From a virus (taxonomy: Duplodnaviria; Caudoviricetes), in IMG/VR virus record IMGVR_UViG_3300038829_000142, positions 1-41,852 of that record: 41,852 nt of DNA; one strand, given 5' to 3'. Within the stretch, counting starts at the first letter, position 1. Every line of letters starts with the position of its first letter. Made by a program: the position numbers and the translations under genes. This document shows, piece by piece, positions 17,509-26,524 of the stretch. Below the pieces are notes generated by a model. The model did no database searches, was not told the DNA's origin, and saw nothing but the letters and a program-made list of their open reading frames with translations.

Positions 17509-18215
17509 TAGTTTACCACCATGAAGTAGGTGACTGTAGCCGCTGTGCTCGTGATGAGCGTGATGTACTTGTCCTTGCCCGTGGCCGGGGTGGCGTAGAT
17601 GTAGCGATTATATCCCGCAGGATTGGTGTAAGAGACCTGCATGGTCTCCCACGGGCGGGCCATCCGATGTGCCACAAGATAGGAGGTGGTGGCGTTGGAG
17701 GCGAGCGCAATGGAGGTGCCATTGAGTCCTCGCCCTGTGACCACGGAGTGGATGCTATCCGCAAGCGCCCCACCCGAGAATCCCCCCTGCACCGGGTTGG
17801 TGTTGTTTCCCGAGGTGTTATTCCCGGAGCTGACATTTGCTGCGGGGGGACCTGGCTTAGGTGCAGGTTTGGCTGGGGCCGCTTCAGGGTCTACGTAGTT
17901 GGTGTATTTGGGCGGTTGGGCCGTAGGTGCCCCCTCAAGGACAAACCCACCTGGAGCGGGCTTGACCTGGGGCAGTAGCTCAATCCTTGGGGGCTTCGTG
18001 GGAGGCTGGGCTACGCCCACAATGGCACCTTTGGCTGCGGGCGAGTTGCTCAGGTGGGTGGGTGTGGTCTTGGCTGAGGGAATGCTCTTGGTGGCTACGG
18101 GTGCCTTGAACGTGGTCGGTCCCGTAAAGGACTGGGTGGGCTTTGCTTTTGGCTTTGCACGCGCATCGATGAGAATGTTCGTGTTCCTGCGGGCATTTGT
18201 GGTGATGCGGCCCAT
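17508..18215 (-). CDS. Virion-associated protein: Pro/Lys-rich N-terminus, Thr-rich beta C-terminal domain
   Basis: 1-nt overlaps with both neighbours; LVAHRMARPW-type small tail domain. Confidence 0.6.
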   Translation of the reverse strand: MGRITTNARRNTNILIDARAKPKAKPTQSFTGPTTFKAPVATKSIPSAKTTPTHLSNSPAAKGAIVGVAQPPTKPPRIELLPQVKPAPGGFVLEGAPTAQPPKYTNYVDPEAAPAKPAPKPGPPAANVSSGNNTSGNNTNPVQGGFSGGALADSIHSVVTGRGLNGTSIALASNATTSYLVAHRMARPWETMQVSYTNPAGYNRYIYATPATGKDKYITLITSTAATVTYFMVVN

Positions 18216-18949
18216 TAGTCCCCATCATAGAACCGGTTGGTGTCGTTGACCTGCTCAGGGCTACCTAGGTCCTTGTTATCTGAGCTGAGGAGGATGGTGC
18301 GCTCCAACCTTGCCTTGCGCATGAGCAGGTGTTGTGTGTCCTGCTCATCTCGCTCCAGCACCTTGGCTGCGGAGTCGACTACAATAAACTCATCCCACAG
18401 TGGTGGCAGGATGAACTTGGTGACTGTAGAGATATCTTGTTCTGGCACAAACCACACACGGTATCTAAACGCCTGACTTGGACTAGGAACAAATCGGAGA
18501 TAGGTTCGCTGGGCGATGTAGGTGGTGCTTGTGTTGAGGGGTCGACTGAATACGTGGTATCGGACACCGGGAGATACATTTGGAGATGCTTCAGGAGACT
18601 CTGCACCGGCATTCCTATCTGCCCATGTAGCGGGCGTTGCGGGGTACCATTGGTCTGCGCTGAAGGACACATCCACACCTTTGATGATGGAGATGTGGCT
18701 TGTGGAGACACCGGAGCCTGCTGTGATGAGGTAGGTCGCGGTGCCAGCGGTGACAGCTGCGGATACGGTGCATTGAAGGAACCAATCCACCCCACCGCCA
18801 TCCAACTGAACGTTGGTTTGCAACTCTTGCAAGGAGTTGGTGAGGTACTGTTGTACCTCGGCGGTGGAGGTGGCGTTGGTATGGTTGACAACATCCGCCA
18901 TCCGGCGGACCCGGAGGACCAAACTGGATAGCGAGTGTTGAGCTGCCAT
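18215..18949 (-). CDS. Head-tail adaptor (tail tubular A/gp4-like)
   Basis: LxxRVRRMAD...YLTNSLQEL N-terminus; LRFVPSP; WDEFIVVDSAAK; position. Confidence 0.7.
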   Translation of the reverse strand: MAAQHSLSSLVLRVRRMADVVNHTNATSTAEVQQYLTNSLQELQTNVQLDGGGVDWFLQCTVSAAVTAGTATYLITAGSGVSTSHISIIKGVDVSFSADQWYPATPATWADRNAGAESPEASPNVSPGVRYHVFSRPLNTSTTYIAQRTYLRFVPSPSQAFRYRVWFVPEQDISTVTKFILPPLWDEFIVVDSAAKVLERDEQDTQHLLMRKARLERTILLSSDNKDLGSPEQVNDTNRFYDGD

Positions 18950-19693
18950 TTACTTGACCGTGCTATTTCGGCACAGAACAATAAAGCGGATTGTCCCAGC
19001 CGTGATCGTTGTGGTGTTTGTGTCAGTGAAGGTCAGCGTGGCTGTGGCTTTCGGGGTGGCCACTCCTGCCGATACAGGAATGCGTTGAATAACCACGCTA
19101 TTCCCAGCCCCCACAGTATCCTGTGCCACTGTGGTAGACCTGGCAACAAAGGCCGTGAAAGAGATTGTGCTTGTGGTTAGTTGCCCGACTGTTGTTACCG
19201 TGGCCCCTGTGGTCCCATTCTTGATCACGGGCCGATAGATTACGAAGTTTGTGCCGTTGGTGGCCACGTTAGCCGTTGCTACGATCTTTATGGATTGGAT
19301 CGTGGCCGTCCTAGGCAGGGTGCCCAGGACAAAGTAGGTGGCTGTGGCCATCAACGCCGTGAGGCTTGGCATATCAACAGAGAGGGCGTTGGAGGCGCCC
19401 CCGATAGCCAACTGAAAGTTACACTTTTTGGTTGCCTGATCGGTGTTCGTGAGGTGCATGCGGCGGTTGGTATAGTTACCATCCTCCAGCGTAGCCTGTG
19501 CCATAAGTATCTGATTATACTTGTCTGCCAGCGTTAGCACGTACTCTCCTCCGGAGTACGTCATGGTACAACCTACGAGTTCCTTGGAGGCCGTGGGATC
19601 ATAGTGTCCGGAACTAGAGACCGTAATAAAGCCAGAGAGTAGGACTAGGCCATGATTAGCGGCGCGTGCGGTATGAAAGATTCGATTTGCCAT
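18950..19693 (-). CDS. Capsid decoration/cement-like protein, very Thr-rich
   Basis: Directly after the MCP; beta-rich; 44/247 Thr by hand count. Confidence 0.55.
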   Translation of the reverse strand: MANRIFHTARAANHGLVLLSGFITVSSSGHYDPTASKELVGCTMTYSGGEYVLTLADKYNQILMAQATLEDGNYTNRRMHLTNTDQATKKCNFQLAIGGASNALSVDMPSLTALMATATYFVLGTLPRTATIQSIKIVATANVATNGTNFVIYRPVIKNGTTGATVTTVGQLTTSTISFTAFVARSTTVAQDTVGAGNSVVIQRIPVSAGVATPKATATLTFTDTNTTTITAGTIRFIVLCRNSTVK

Positions 19694-19719
19694 GATCTTC
19701 TTTTGCCTTTGATAGGGGA

Positions 19720-19759
19720 TCTAGAGAGGGGCAGAGCCCGAGGGTTACCCCTCTCTAGA
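19720..19759 (-). other. Strong hairpin after the major capsid gene (12-bp perfect stem, no U tract)
   Basis: TCTAGAGAGGGG at 19720-19731 pairs with CCCCTCTCTAGA at 19748-19759. Confidence 0.75.
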
Positions 19760-19772
19760 CGGTTAGGATAAG

Positions 19773-20990
19773 TTAGACGTCAAGACTCACGCGTGCGTTG
19801 CTACCGGGGGCGTAGCAAACCAGGTTACCGTAGTAACCGCAGCGAACCTCAACCGAGTCCGTTCCACTGTTCCGAAGAACGCGGAGACCATCGGTCTGGA
19901 TGATACGAGGGGCAGCACCGATGCTGTGCAGCTTCCACGTGTCAAGGTCGAGGAGATAGGCGACACCCTTGGGGCAGTTATGGTCAGGAACCACTGTGAT
20001 GGCGCCTGCTGCGGTCCACATTTGCACCGAATCGAAAGAGATGTTGGCGTCATGCGCCTTGACCGAGTCAAACCGCTTACGGTCCGAAAGGGTCTTGCAC
20101 AGGTCACCCATATGCTCCGGGTTCATGAAGGCATGCTTTGGAGAAGCACCCTCACGCTGTGTGAAGACAGCAGCCTTGATAAGCGCCTCCTCCACAGTCT
20201 GGCCCGTGCCATCTACACGGATACCCGCGAGACGGGTGGAATCCACCGACCGGGTAACACCGAACCAGGAGCCCGTGGGTGCGGTGGCTGGGAGCCAACC
20301 CGCCAAACCTGCCAGCTTCAGCAGCGAAGCAGGACCACCCGAGCGGTCACCGTGCTGGTGAATGTGGGCACCTGCGTTACCCGCCGTGTACGTACCCGAG
20401 GCAACCTGGAAGGTGCCTGCGTTACGGTCCACCGAAGTAATCGTGAGCTTGCTGTGCGAGGCGGAGCTCTTGTACTCCGTGGTCGTAAGCTCAACCGACA
20501 TGCCAACCTCAAAGTTGACGATGTCAGCTACGCTGCAGAGTGTAACGATTGCGCTCGACACCGAGGAGATGCGCCCGCGCGAACCTGAGCCCGAACGATA
20601 AACGTCCGAGGCAAGGTCCCGCGTAAGCGAGTGCATGGCGCGATCGATTTCAGACGTAGCCGCCCGAAGGAACGCAGCACCATCGCCCTGCGAAGCAAGG
20701 AGGGTCTCGTTGTCAATGTCCGCACGTGCGTAGTTCTTCACACGCGTGACAACAAAGTCATCGTAGCTAGACGAGAACTTGTTGCTACCCGCGGATGTGA
20801 ACGTGGCACTTCGGCCCTGCACTGCACCGTAGTTCACGGGAACAGTGATGTTCTTGCCCCAGCCGCTCTCATCCTTGGGGAGCATGGCGAGGAGGGGGTT
20901 ATTCTTATAGGACATGAGCTTCAAAGCCATGTCCGGATACCGCACCTTCAGTGCAGCATCGAAAGAGGTCATATTGATAATGGCAGCCAT
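19773..20990 (-). CDS. Major capsid protein
   Basis: 405 aa after the scaffold; ALKxxY...NPLLAM N-terminus, ITVVPDxxCP and YGNLxCxAPG C-terminus. Confidence 0.85.
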   Translation of the reverse strand: MAAIINMTSFDAALKVRYPDMALKLMSYKNNPLLAMLPKDESGWGKNITVPVNYGAVQGRSATFTSAGSNKFSSSYDDFVVTRVKNYARADIDNETLLASQGDGAAFLRAATSEIDRAMHSLTRDLASDVYRSGSGSRGRISSVSSAIVTLCSVADIVNFEVGMSVELTTTEYKSSASHSKLTITSVDRNAGTFQVASGTYTAGNAGAHIHQHGDRSGGPASLLKLAGLAGWLPATAPTGSWFGVTRSVDSTRLAGIRVDGTGQTVEEALIKAAVFTQREGASPKHAFMNPEHMGDLCKTLSDRKRFDSVKAHDANISFDSVQMWTAAGAITVVPDHNCPKGVAYLLDLDTWKLHSIGAAPRIIQTDGLRVLRNSGTDSVEVRCGYYGNLVCYAPGSNARVSLDV

Positions 20991-20994
20991 TTAG

Positions 20995-21795
20995 TTAGTC
21001 CTTTTCTTCAAAGCGAAGTAGTTGCACCGCCATCTTTTCGAGACTGTCTTTCGAGTAGTCTCCGAAGGAGGGTGTGGGTGCGGGTTGTGATTGCAGGAGA
21101 TTCGAGAGGGTTACGGGGGTCTTCGTTGCTTGAGGGGGTGGCGTCACGTGACCTCTCGCTTTTGCGAGCTTTTCAAATAGTTCGGCAACCTGTTTTTCTA
21201 CTTCGCTTGCTGCCTCGTCTTCGCTGATGACGGTGCCATCGGCCTGGTAGCGTTCGCGGATCTTCTCAAAAACGAGATTCTCCACACCCGCCGCCTGCAC
21301 CAAAGGAAACTTAGAGTTACCTTCCGATGTCTTGGCCTCGGTCACATATCGAGTCACATTCTTCCCCGCCTCCTCGTACATGGAGCGGGTTCTCGCCTCT
21401 TCCTCACGGCGTTGCGCCTCCTCTAGGCGCTGAGCGAGTTCTGATACCTGCTTCTCGAGTCGATATACTGGATTCGTGGTCTGACCCTCGCTGACCCTTT
21501 TCATCAGGTCATCGCTGGACATCCCAAGATGGTCCAAAACTTCCATGGGGTTCTTGGAGCGCGCAGCTTCCAAAGACTCCGCCCATTTCACCTTCTTCTC
21601 AGAGGCCCTTAGCCGCGTTTCCGCTTCCCGGACCTGCTTTTCTCGGTCCATGAGGAGCTTGAGCTGGCTTGCTTGGCTGGCACTAAAAGGCCCGGGTTGC
21701 TGTGGTGCACTCGGAGCTGCGGGCGCTGCTTGAGGGGCGGCAACTGGGGCACCTTGGGCTGGGGCATTCGGGGCGGTACTACTTTCGGGATTCAC
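20995..21795 (-). CDS. Capsid scaffolding protein
   Basis: Pro/Ala N-terminus, charged coiled coil; between portal and MCP; AGGAG RBS. Confidence 0.75.
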   Translation of the reverse strand: MNPESSTAPNAPAQGAPVAAPQAAPAAPSAPQQPGPFSASQASQLKLLMDREKQVREAETRLRASEKKVKWAESLEAARSKNPMEVLDHLGMSSDDLMKRVSEGQTTNPVYRLEKQVSELAQRLEEAQRREEEARTRSMYEEAGKNVTRYVTEAKTSEGNSKFPLVQAAGVENLVFEKIRERYQADGTVISEDEAASEVEKQVAELFEKLAKARGHVTPPPQATKTPVTLSNLLQSQPAPTPSFGDYSKDSLEKMAVQLLRFEEKD

Positions 21796-21805
21796 GTGTT
21801 GACTC

Positions 21806-23629
21806 CTAAGTCACTACACCGTCAGTGGGCATCACTGCGGTCGGAGAGGCCCCAGTAGGGCCGGGTGGGGGTGGAGCGCCGGGCATGGGCTGCGGTGAAG
21901 CATTCATCGCCTCCATCTCCATGCGCTTTTGCAGTTCGCGAATCCCGGACATATGCTGTCTCAGGAGTTCGAGATTCTCTTCCGGCACACCATCTACAAC
22001 GCCACGGTTGTAAGCGGCCTGGACTTTCTTGAGAGACAGTTGTAGGTCCCCAAAAGGCTCGGGGGCCTCGTAGACCCCCTCATCCAACATCAACTCGATG
22101 ACGCGATCGATATTATCGTTGACCGCTTGCTCAAGGCTCAGCTCAGCGTCCATGTCCGGGAAGTTGAGCAGGCGCTTGGCCTCTGTGGGTCCAAGCATGC
22201 CGCCAGCTACCATCTGCTCTACAAAGGCAAGGCGACCTGAGGGCGTGGTTGGAAGGCTGGAGGCAGGAAAGACCTGGAGGACATAGGAGTCCTTGTCCAT
22301 GTCAACATCTTTCCACTTGACCTCTGCAATGGTATTTTTGTCTTTTTGTGCGACAACACTGTACTTCGGGTTGCGCTGTGAGATAGACTTCCCCTCCTCA
22401 ATAAACAGAGAGGTAGCCTCCATGAACAAGTCTTCGTATGCCTTGCTTACCAGCGCGAATCGCTCGGATTCGATATCATGATACTCCCGAAGGGCGACTC
22501 CCGACTCGAGACCAGCGGGCTTGTTTCCGGTAGCGGACATGCGGCTGACACCGGAGATTTCAAACGCCTTGGAGTAAAGGCGCTCGATGTGCATGAAAAT
22601 CTCGGGGTTGATGGTCTGAGGCGCCACTACTACCGGGCGCTGACCCGTGTACTTGTAGACACTACCGATTTCGTTGTTAATCTGCGCTGTCTTGACCTGA
22701 CTCCCGGACTCGACCCACACCTGTGGCGCAGACAAGAGGTGAAACGCCTTTTGCACCTTCTGAAGCAGACGATTGATCTCTACTTGGATGCCCACGAGCT
22801 CATCACAGAGCCCGAGCCCCCAAAATCCCCGAAGAGACTCAGTCCAGCGAATGAACACGAAGGGGAAATGGTCGCGGACCCAATCCTCCTCGTAAAGCGT
22901 GTCCCCATCGATGCAAATGCAGTGCTTGCCATCCGTGGCACCAGGTCCTGAGGGTAAATGCCAACCCTCTACGACCTCGACCATCTCGGCCAAGGATTCG
23001 AGGCCATAATCGCCCTCCTCTGCGCCATCTGGGGGTTTGGCGGTTTCAATAGCTTTCGCGCAAGCTGGAAAAAGCTCCGCAAGGACCGTTTTTGAGATGT
23101 ACTTGCGCTGAAACATCTGCCGGGGCTTGCCGTAAAGCCCCTCTGCATGGTCTACAAAGACCTCACCTGGGAAAACACGCTCCGCACAGATGGTCTCACC
23201 CTCAGAAAAGACCTTGAGGATGCCCGTACCCTGTACACAGGCCTCTACAAGTGCCATCTGGGCACTCCGAGCGAGCCCGGAGGAGTGAAACTGGGCATCT
23301 GTCCATTGCTGAAGCAGCTTGGCCTTCCTGCGAAGGGTGAAGTTGCCCCCAGTGGTCAGGAATCGGGGCCTCGGTGCGTGCTTCCCGATGCGTGCTGCCA
23401 CTGTATCAATAGCGGCCTTGATCACGTTCAGCGTGACCCGCTCCTGATTGAGGGTCTTGTGATAGGTCCCTGGGCCAAAGCCCAAGATGTTCTGGTTTCC
23501 GTAGAGCCGAAGGTTCTTGCGAAGACCCTCTAGGCGAGCATCATCCCGGGTACGGATGTGGTTGAACGCGTTATAGACCTCCTTGTGAGGCTCTTTCTTC
23601 AACCACCACTTGTAGTTCGGATTCTGCAC
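21806..23629 (-). CDS. Portal protein
   Basis: 607 aa after TerL; NVIKAAIDT, GTGILKV, FPFV, FWGLGL and SGVALREY segments. Confidence 0.88.
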   Translation of the reverse strand: MQNPNYKWWLKKEPHKEVYNAFNHIRTRDDARLEGLRKNLRLYGNQNILGFGPGTYHKTLNQERVTLNVIKAAIDTVAARIGKHAPRPRFLTTGGNFTLRRKAKLLQQWTDAQFHSSGLARSAQMALVEACVQGTGILKVFSEGETICAERVFPGEVFVDHAEGLYGKPRQMFQRKYISKTVLAELFPACAKAIETAKPPDGAEEGDYGLESLAEMVEVVEGWHLPSGPGATDGKHCICIDGDTLYEEDWVRDHFPFVFIRWTESLRGFWGLGLCDELVGIQVEINRLLQKVQKAFHLLSAPQVWVESGSQVKTAQINNEIGSVYKYTGQRPVVVAPQTINPEIFMHIERLYSKAFEISGVSRMSATGNKPAGLESGVALREYHDIESERFALVSKAYEDLFMEATSLFIEEGKSISQRNPKYSVVAQKDKNTIAEVKWKDVDMDKDSYVLQVFPASSLPTTPSGRLAFVEQMVAGGMLGPTEAKRLLNFPDMDAELSLEQAVNDNIDRVIELMLDEGVYEAPEPFGDLQLSLKKVQAAYNRGVVDGVPEENLELLRQHMSGIRELQKRMEMEAMNASPQPMPGAPPPPGPTGASPTAVMPTDGVVT

Positions 23630-23787
23630 TACTCCGCGCTATAGTAGAGGTCTAGTTCCGAGGGTTTAGAGGGGGCTTCCTCTTGGGGAGAGGCAAAGGT
23701 AGCCTTCAAATCCCCAATCTCTACGTGGATAGCCCCCCGCTTTCGCAGGTCATCTACCAGAGAAAGGAGTTCCTCGGGAGACCGCAC
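23629..23787 (-). CDS. 52-aa protein preceding the portal (not in ORF track)
   Basis: Hand translation MRSPEELLSLVDDLRKRGAIHVEIGDLKATF...DLYYSAE; TAGTG overlap with the portal start. Confidence 0.7.
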   Translation of the reverse strand: MRSPEELLSLVDDLRKRGAIHVEIGDLKATFASPQEEAPSKPSELDLYYSAE

Positions 23788-23802
23788 CTACTAACGTGCC
23801 CC

Positions 23803-23831
23803 TTGTACATCTGTACAACAGGTGCTATAGT
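23803..23831 (+). promoter_or_regulatory. Sigma70-type promoter antisense to the late operon
   Basis: TTGTAC-N17-TATAGT with extended TGn; overlaps the palindrome TTGTACA-TC-TGTACAA. Confidence 0.6.
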
Positions 23832-23834
23832 ACG

Positions 23835-24040
23835 TGCAGACTTCGGACACAGCGTTCCGGGGGACTGCAGACAAGCCCTAGGAGGGTGCCCCAGACTCCT
23901 AGGGCTTTGTCATTTCTAAAGCCTTGTGGTAGAGTGGCCTTGGATCGTTTAGGCGGTCGGTCCTCACCAGGCCCGAATGCCGGTCCGCAACCGTGTGTTT
24001 GCTGCGTACGCAGTCGAACCTAGGGCCTGGTGGGGATTTA
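23835..24040 (+). ncRNA. Candidate structured small RNA
   Basis: Several hairpins and a 3-way junction whose G-U pairs form on the + strand; starts at the predicted TSS; no credible ORF. Confidence 0.5.
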
Positions 24041-25501
24041 AAATCCCTCAGGGTCTTCCGGTTGTGGGTTGGTATCCCACCACTGCGCTGAGTCCCGCAC
24101 CTTGGCGGACTCGATGACCTCATCCCACATCTTCTCCTCCTCGGCTGCAAAGGCCTCGGTGGTGCCCTCCTTGGGGGCATTCTTCTCCCAGTCGCCTGAG
24201 TGGTGGTGACACTCTCTCCAGGCGTAGAGCAGGGCATCGCAGAGGTGGTTATCGTAGGCGGGGTCTTCCTTCATCCCACCCCGCTCCCGGAACTTCTCAT
24301 CCCACTGGAGCTGCTGAAGCTCTTGAAGGAGTGTCCCGTTGGTCTCGGTGCTGATGATGAGCGTACCCGTGCGTAGGTCCGAGTTCAGCATCTGGATGTA
24401 GGCGTACTTGTCTGTCTTCTCCGCTGCTTTGGCAATGAGCCCGAACTTGAGCTTCAGTTCTTCAACGTAGCCTTTACCGAAGCCACCCGAGTCTGCCACA
24501 ATACTTTCAATAGGATACCTACGCATGAGGCCCTCGACCCGAGCGGCAACAGCGGAGGAAATGAGCCCCTCTTCTTTGTAGCTCTCGACCACGTAAACCT
24601 TGCCTAGGTATACGCTATAGGCAATCACCACGAAGGCTGTGGGGTCATTGAACCCAAGGTCGATACCCAGGAGGTACTGCCAGTCCGCTGCTATCTCTTT
24701 GTTCCACTGGGGCACCGCGTTGATGCGGGGGTTGAACTCATAGACCAGGCCCTCCGCATCCCGTACCCACTGGCCTAGGTACTCCCTACGGTAAGCGGGG
24801 TGAGCTACTGTCCAGCCCCTCCTCCTACGGAGGTCGGCTAGCTGGCCCACAGGGTCTGGGAGGTGGGGGTTATCGGTAAAGACCCACCCATGCACCGACC
24901 ATCCGGGGGTCTTGCCGGTAATCATCTCATGGAAAGGACCCGCACAGGATGCATTTGGGGTGCCACCCATGAGGATTTGGGAGTCAATGTAGTCCATGGT
25001 GGCAGGTTCAATGACCTGCTCCAGCATGTAGGCCATAAGGTCCTCAGGAAAGTTCTGAGCCTCGTCTATGCCTACGATGGGAAACTTCTTACCGCGAAGC
25101 TTCTCGACCTCGCGCATATTGTTGGCACCGCGGAGGAAGATACGGCTGCCATTGGGGAAGCAAACATCTCCGTTGTTCTGCCGGAACCTGAGCCCCAGGT
25201 CGTACCGCTGGTTCAGCTCGATAAGCGGGGGGTGTAAGATGTCTTTGGCATCCTCACGCGTCCGAGTGATGTAGGGGATGAGGCTGTGGGGCTTCTCGAT
25301 GGCTACTTGTGCCAAGCGGAAGGCCATGGCGTAGGACTTCCCCGCACGGCGGGAGCAGCAGGCAGCTACAAGCTTGTTACGGTCGGCTGCGAAGTTTCGC
25401 TGCTGAGCGAACAGGGCTGTTTGCGGGTCGAGGGCTTTCTTTCGCTGCTGCCGGCTGACTATTTCCTGCAGTAATCTCTTTGACTTGCTGTTCTGGTCCA
25501 T
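24038..25501 (-). CDS. terL: Terminase large subunit
   Basis: SRRAGKS Walker A, GIDEAQ Walker B, GTPN, GIDLGFNDPTA and NHLCDALLY nuclease motifs. Confidence 0.95.
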   Translation of the reverse strand: MDQNSKSKRLLQEIVSRQQRKKALDPQTALFAQQRNFAADRNKLVAACCSRRAGKSYAMAFRLAQVAIEKPHSLIPYITRTREDAKDILHPPLIELNQRYDLGLRFRQNNGDVCFPNGSRIFLRGANNMREVEKLRGKKFPIVGIDEAQNFPEDLMAYMLEQVIEPATMDYIDSQILMGGTPNASCAGPFHEMITGKTPGWSVHGWVFTDNPHLPDPVGQLADLRRRRGWTVAHPAYRREYLGQWVRDAEGLVYEFNPRINAVPQWNKEIAADWQYLLGIDLGFNDPTAFVVIAYSVYLGKVYVVESYKEEGLISSAVAARVEGLMRRYPIESIVADSGGFGKGYVEELKLKFGLIAKAAEKTDKYAYIQMLNSDLRTGTLIISTETNGTLLQELQQLQWDEKFRERGGMKEDPAYDNHLCDALLYAWRECHHHSGDWEKNAPKEGTTEAFAAEEEKMWDEVIESAKVRDSAQWWDTNPQPEDPEGF

Positions 25502-25703
25502 TGATCATCCAAGCTACGTTGTGCCAGGGCACAAAGACCCGCTGCCCATTGAGGTGCCCCAGATAGAGCCCTGTGGCGGTGAGGGTGATGCTCAGCTCGG
25601 GTGAGGCCCGGTAGATGGCCTTGAAGGCATAGGCCCCTGAGACATGGCGCTCTACGTTGGGCACCTCTTCAAAGAAGCCGACTGATTCAACGGGCTGGGG
25701 CAT
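25377..25703 (-). CDS. Hypothetical protein
   Basis: GAGGA RBS; FVPWHNV motif; tail overlaps the terL start. Confidence 0.6.
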   Translation of the reverse strand: MPQPVESVGFFEEVPNVERHVSGAYAFKAIYRASPELSITLTATGLYLGHLNGQRVFVPWHNVAWMINGPEQQVKEITAGNSQPAAAKESPRPANSPVRSAAKLRSRP

Positions 25704-26163
25704 CACGGTCCTCAAAAACTAGGTAGGGGTTGTAGATAATGCGATGGGTCTTGAGCATCTCAAGCTTGGGACACAGAAGGGACTTGTGGGTATAGAATAC
25801 TGCCCCAGGGGGATGTCCCTTACCGGTGGTAAAGGCCTCGATGAAGGCAGCTAAGAGCTTCTTGGCTAGGCCCCAACGCCTGAAGGGTGCCTTGGTGTAC
25901 ATGAAGTGCATCACTAGGGCATCATCGATGATTTCAGCGCAGCCCCAAGCCATAATCTGGTTGAGGTCCTCAGCGTTGCAGGCCACGAAGACCATGCTCT
26001 TAGGCAGGAGGCGCTCAAGAATGCGATGGTGTTGGTGGTAGTAGGTGTTGTTGGGGACGCCGCGGACAAAGGGTGCATCGCGGAAGTTCCTTAGCCAAGA
26101 GGATGTGATGAGAGGTACGTCAGGCTTAGCCGCTGGACGTATCGTTACGGGCAGCGTTGACAC
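25687..26163 (-). CDS. GNAT-family acetyltransferase
   Basis: ITIRPA-like start; HFMYTKAPFRRWGLAKKLL acetyl-CoA motif A. Confidence 0.8.
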   Translation of the reverse strand: MSTLPVTIRPAAKPDVPLITSSWLRNFRDAPFVRGVPNNTYYHQHHRILERLLPKSMVFVACNAEDLNQIMAWGCAEIIDDALVMHFMYTKAPFRRWGLAKKLLAAFIEAFTTGKGHPPGAVFYTHKSLLCPKLEMLKTHRIIYNPYLVFEDRDAPAR

Positions 26164-26524
26164 TGGCCTCCTCCTGTGCCTGTGCGGCCTGGAGTTCTCT
26201 GAGCTGTTCGGTGAGGATGCGCTTATGGGCCTCCATCTTGCAGTGAATCCAGGGGGGTTTGCGCCCCAGTTCTTTGGTAGCGGCCCTGCGTATCTCCCGT
26301 GCCAAGCTGTTGCGCCTGGCGCGCAACATGCCTCGACCGGAGCCGGAATGTCTGGCGAGGTATCTGGGGCCTAGGTAGGGGTGCCCATCCTCTTCCTCGT
26401 ATTTGGCTACGAGTTCGCGGTCGTAGTCTGTGCTAGGCTGAGTGCTTTGGACCTTCATCCGGCCGTGTACGAGGGTGTGTGTTGAATCGTACAGTGGGAT
26501 CTCTCTCTGTTCTCGCTTTGACAT
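26126..26524 (-). CDS. Hypothetical protein
   Basis: GGAG RBS; operon packing. Confidence 0.6.
   Translation of the reverse strand: MSKREQREIPLYDSTHTLVHGRMKVQSTQPSTDYDRELVAKYEEEDGHPYLGPRYLARHSGSGRGMLRARRNSLAREIRRAATKELGRKPPWIHCKMEAHKRILTEQLRELQAAQAQEEASVNAARNDTSSG

Noticed and set aside
7643-23533. Numerous + strand ORFs antisense to the structural genes
   Set aside because: Shadow ORFs of GC-rich coding sequence with no motifs or RBS
23796-24023. 75-aa + ORF or type I toxin with sequestered AGGAGG
   Set aside because: The ORF starts upstream of the predicted TSS, AGGAGG directly abuts GTG, and the product is not hydrophobic
23961-24036. Hammerhead ribozyme or tRNA (GGTTCGA on the - strand)
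   Set aside because: No CUGANGA/GAAA core and no cloverleaf with matching T-stem and acceptor stem
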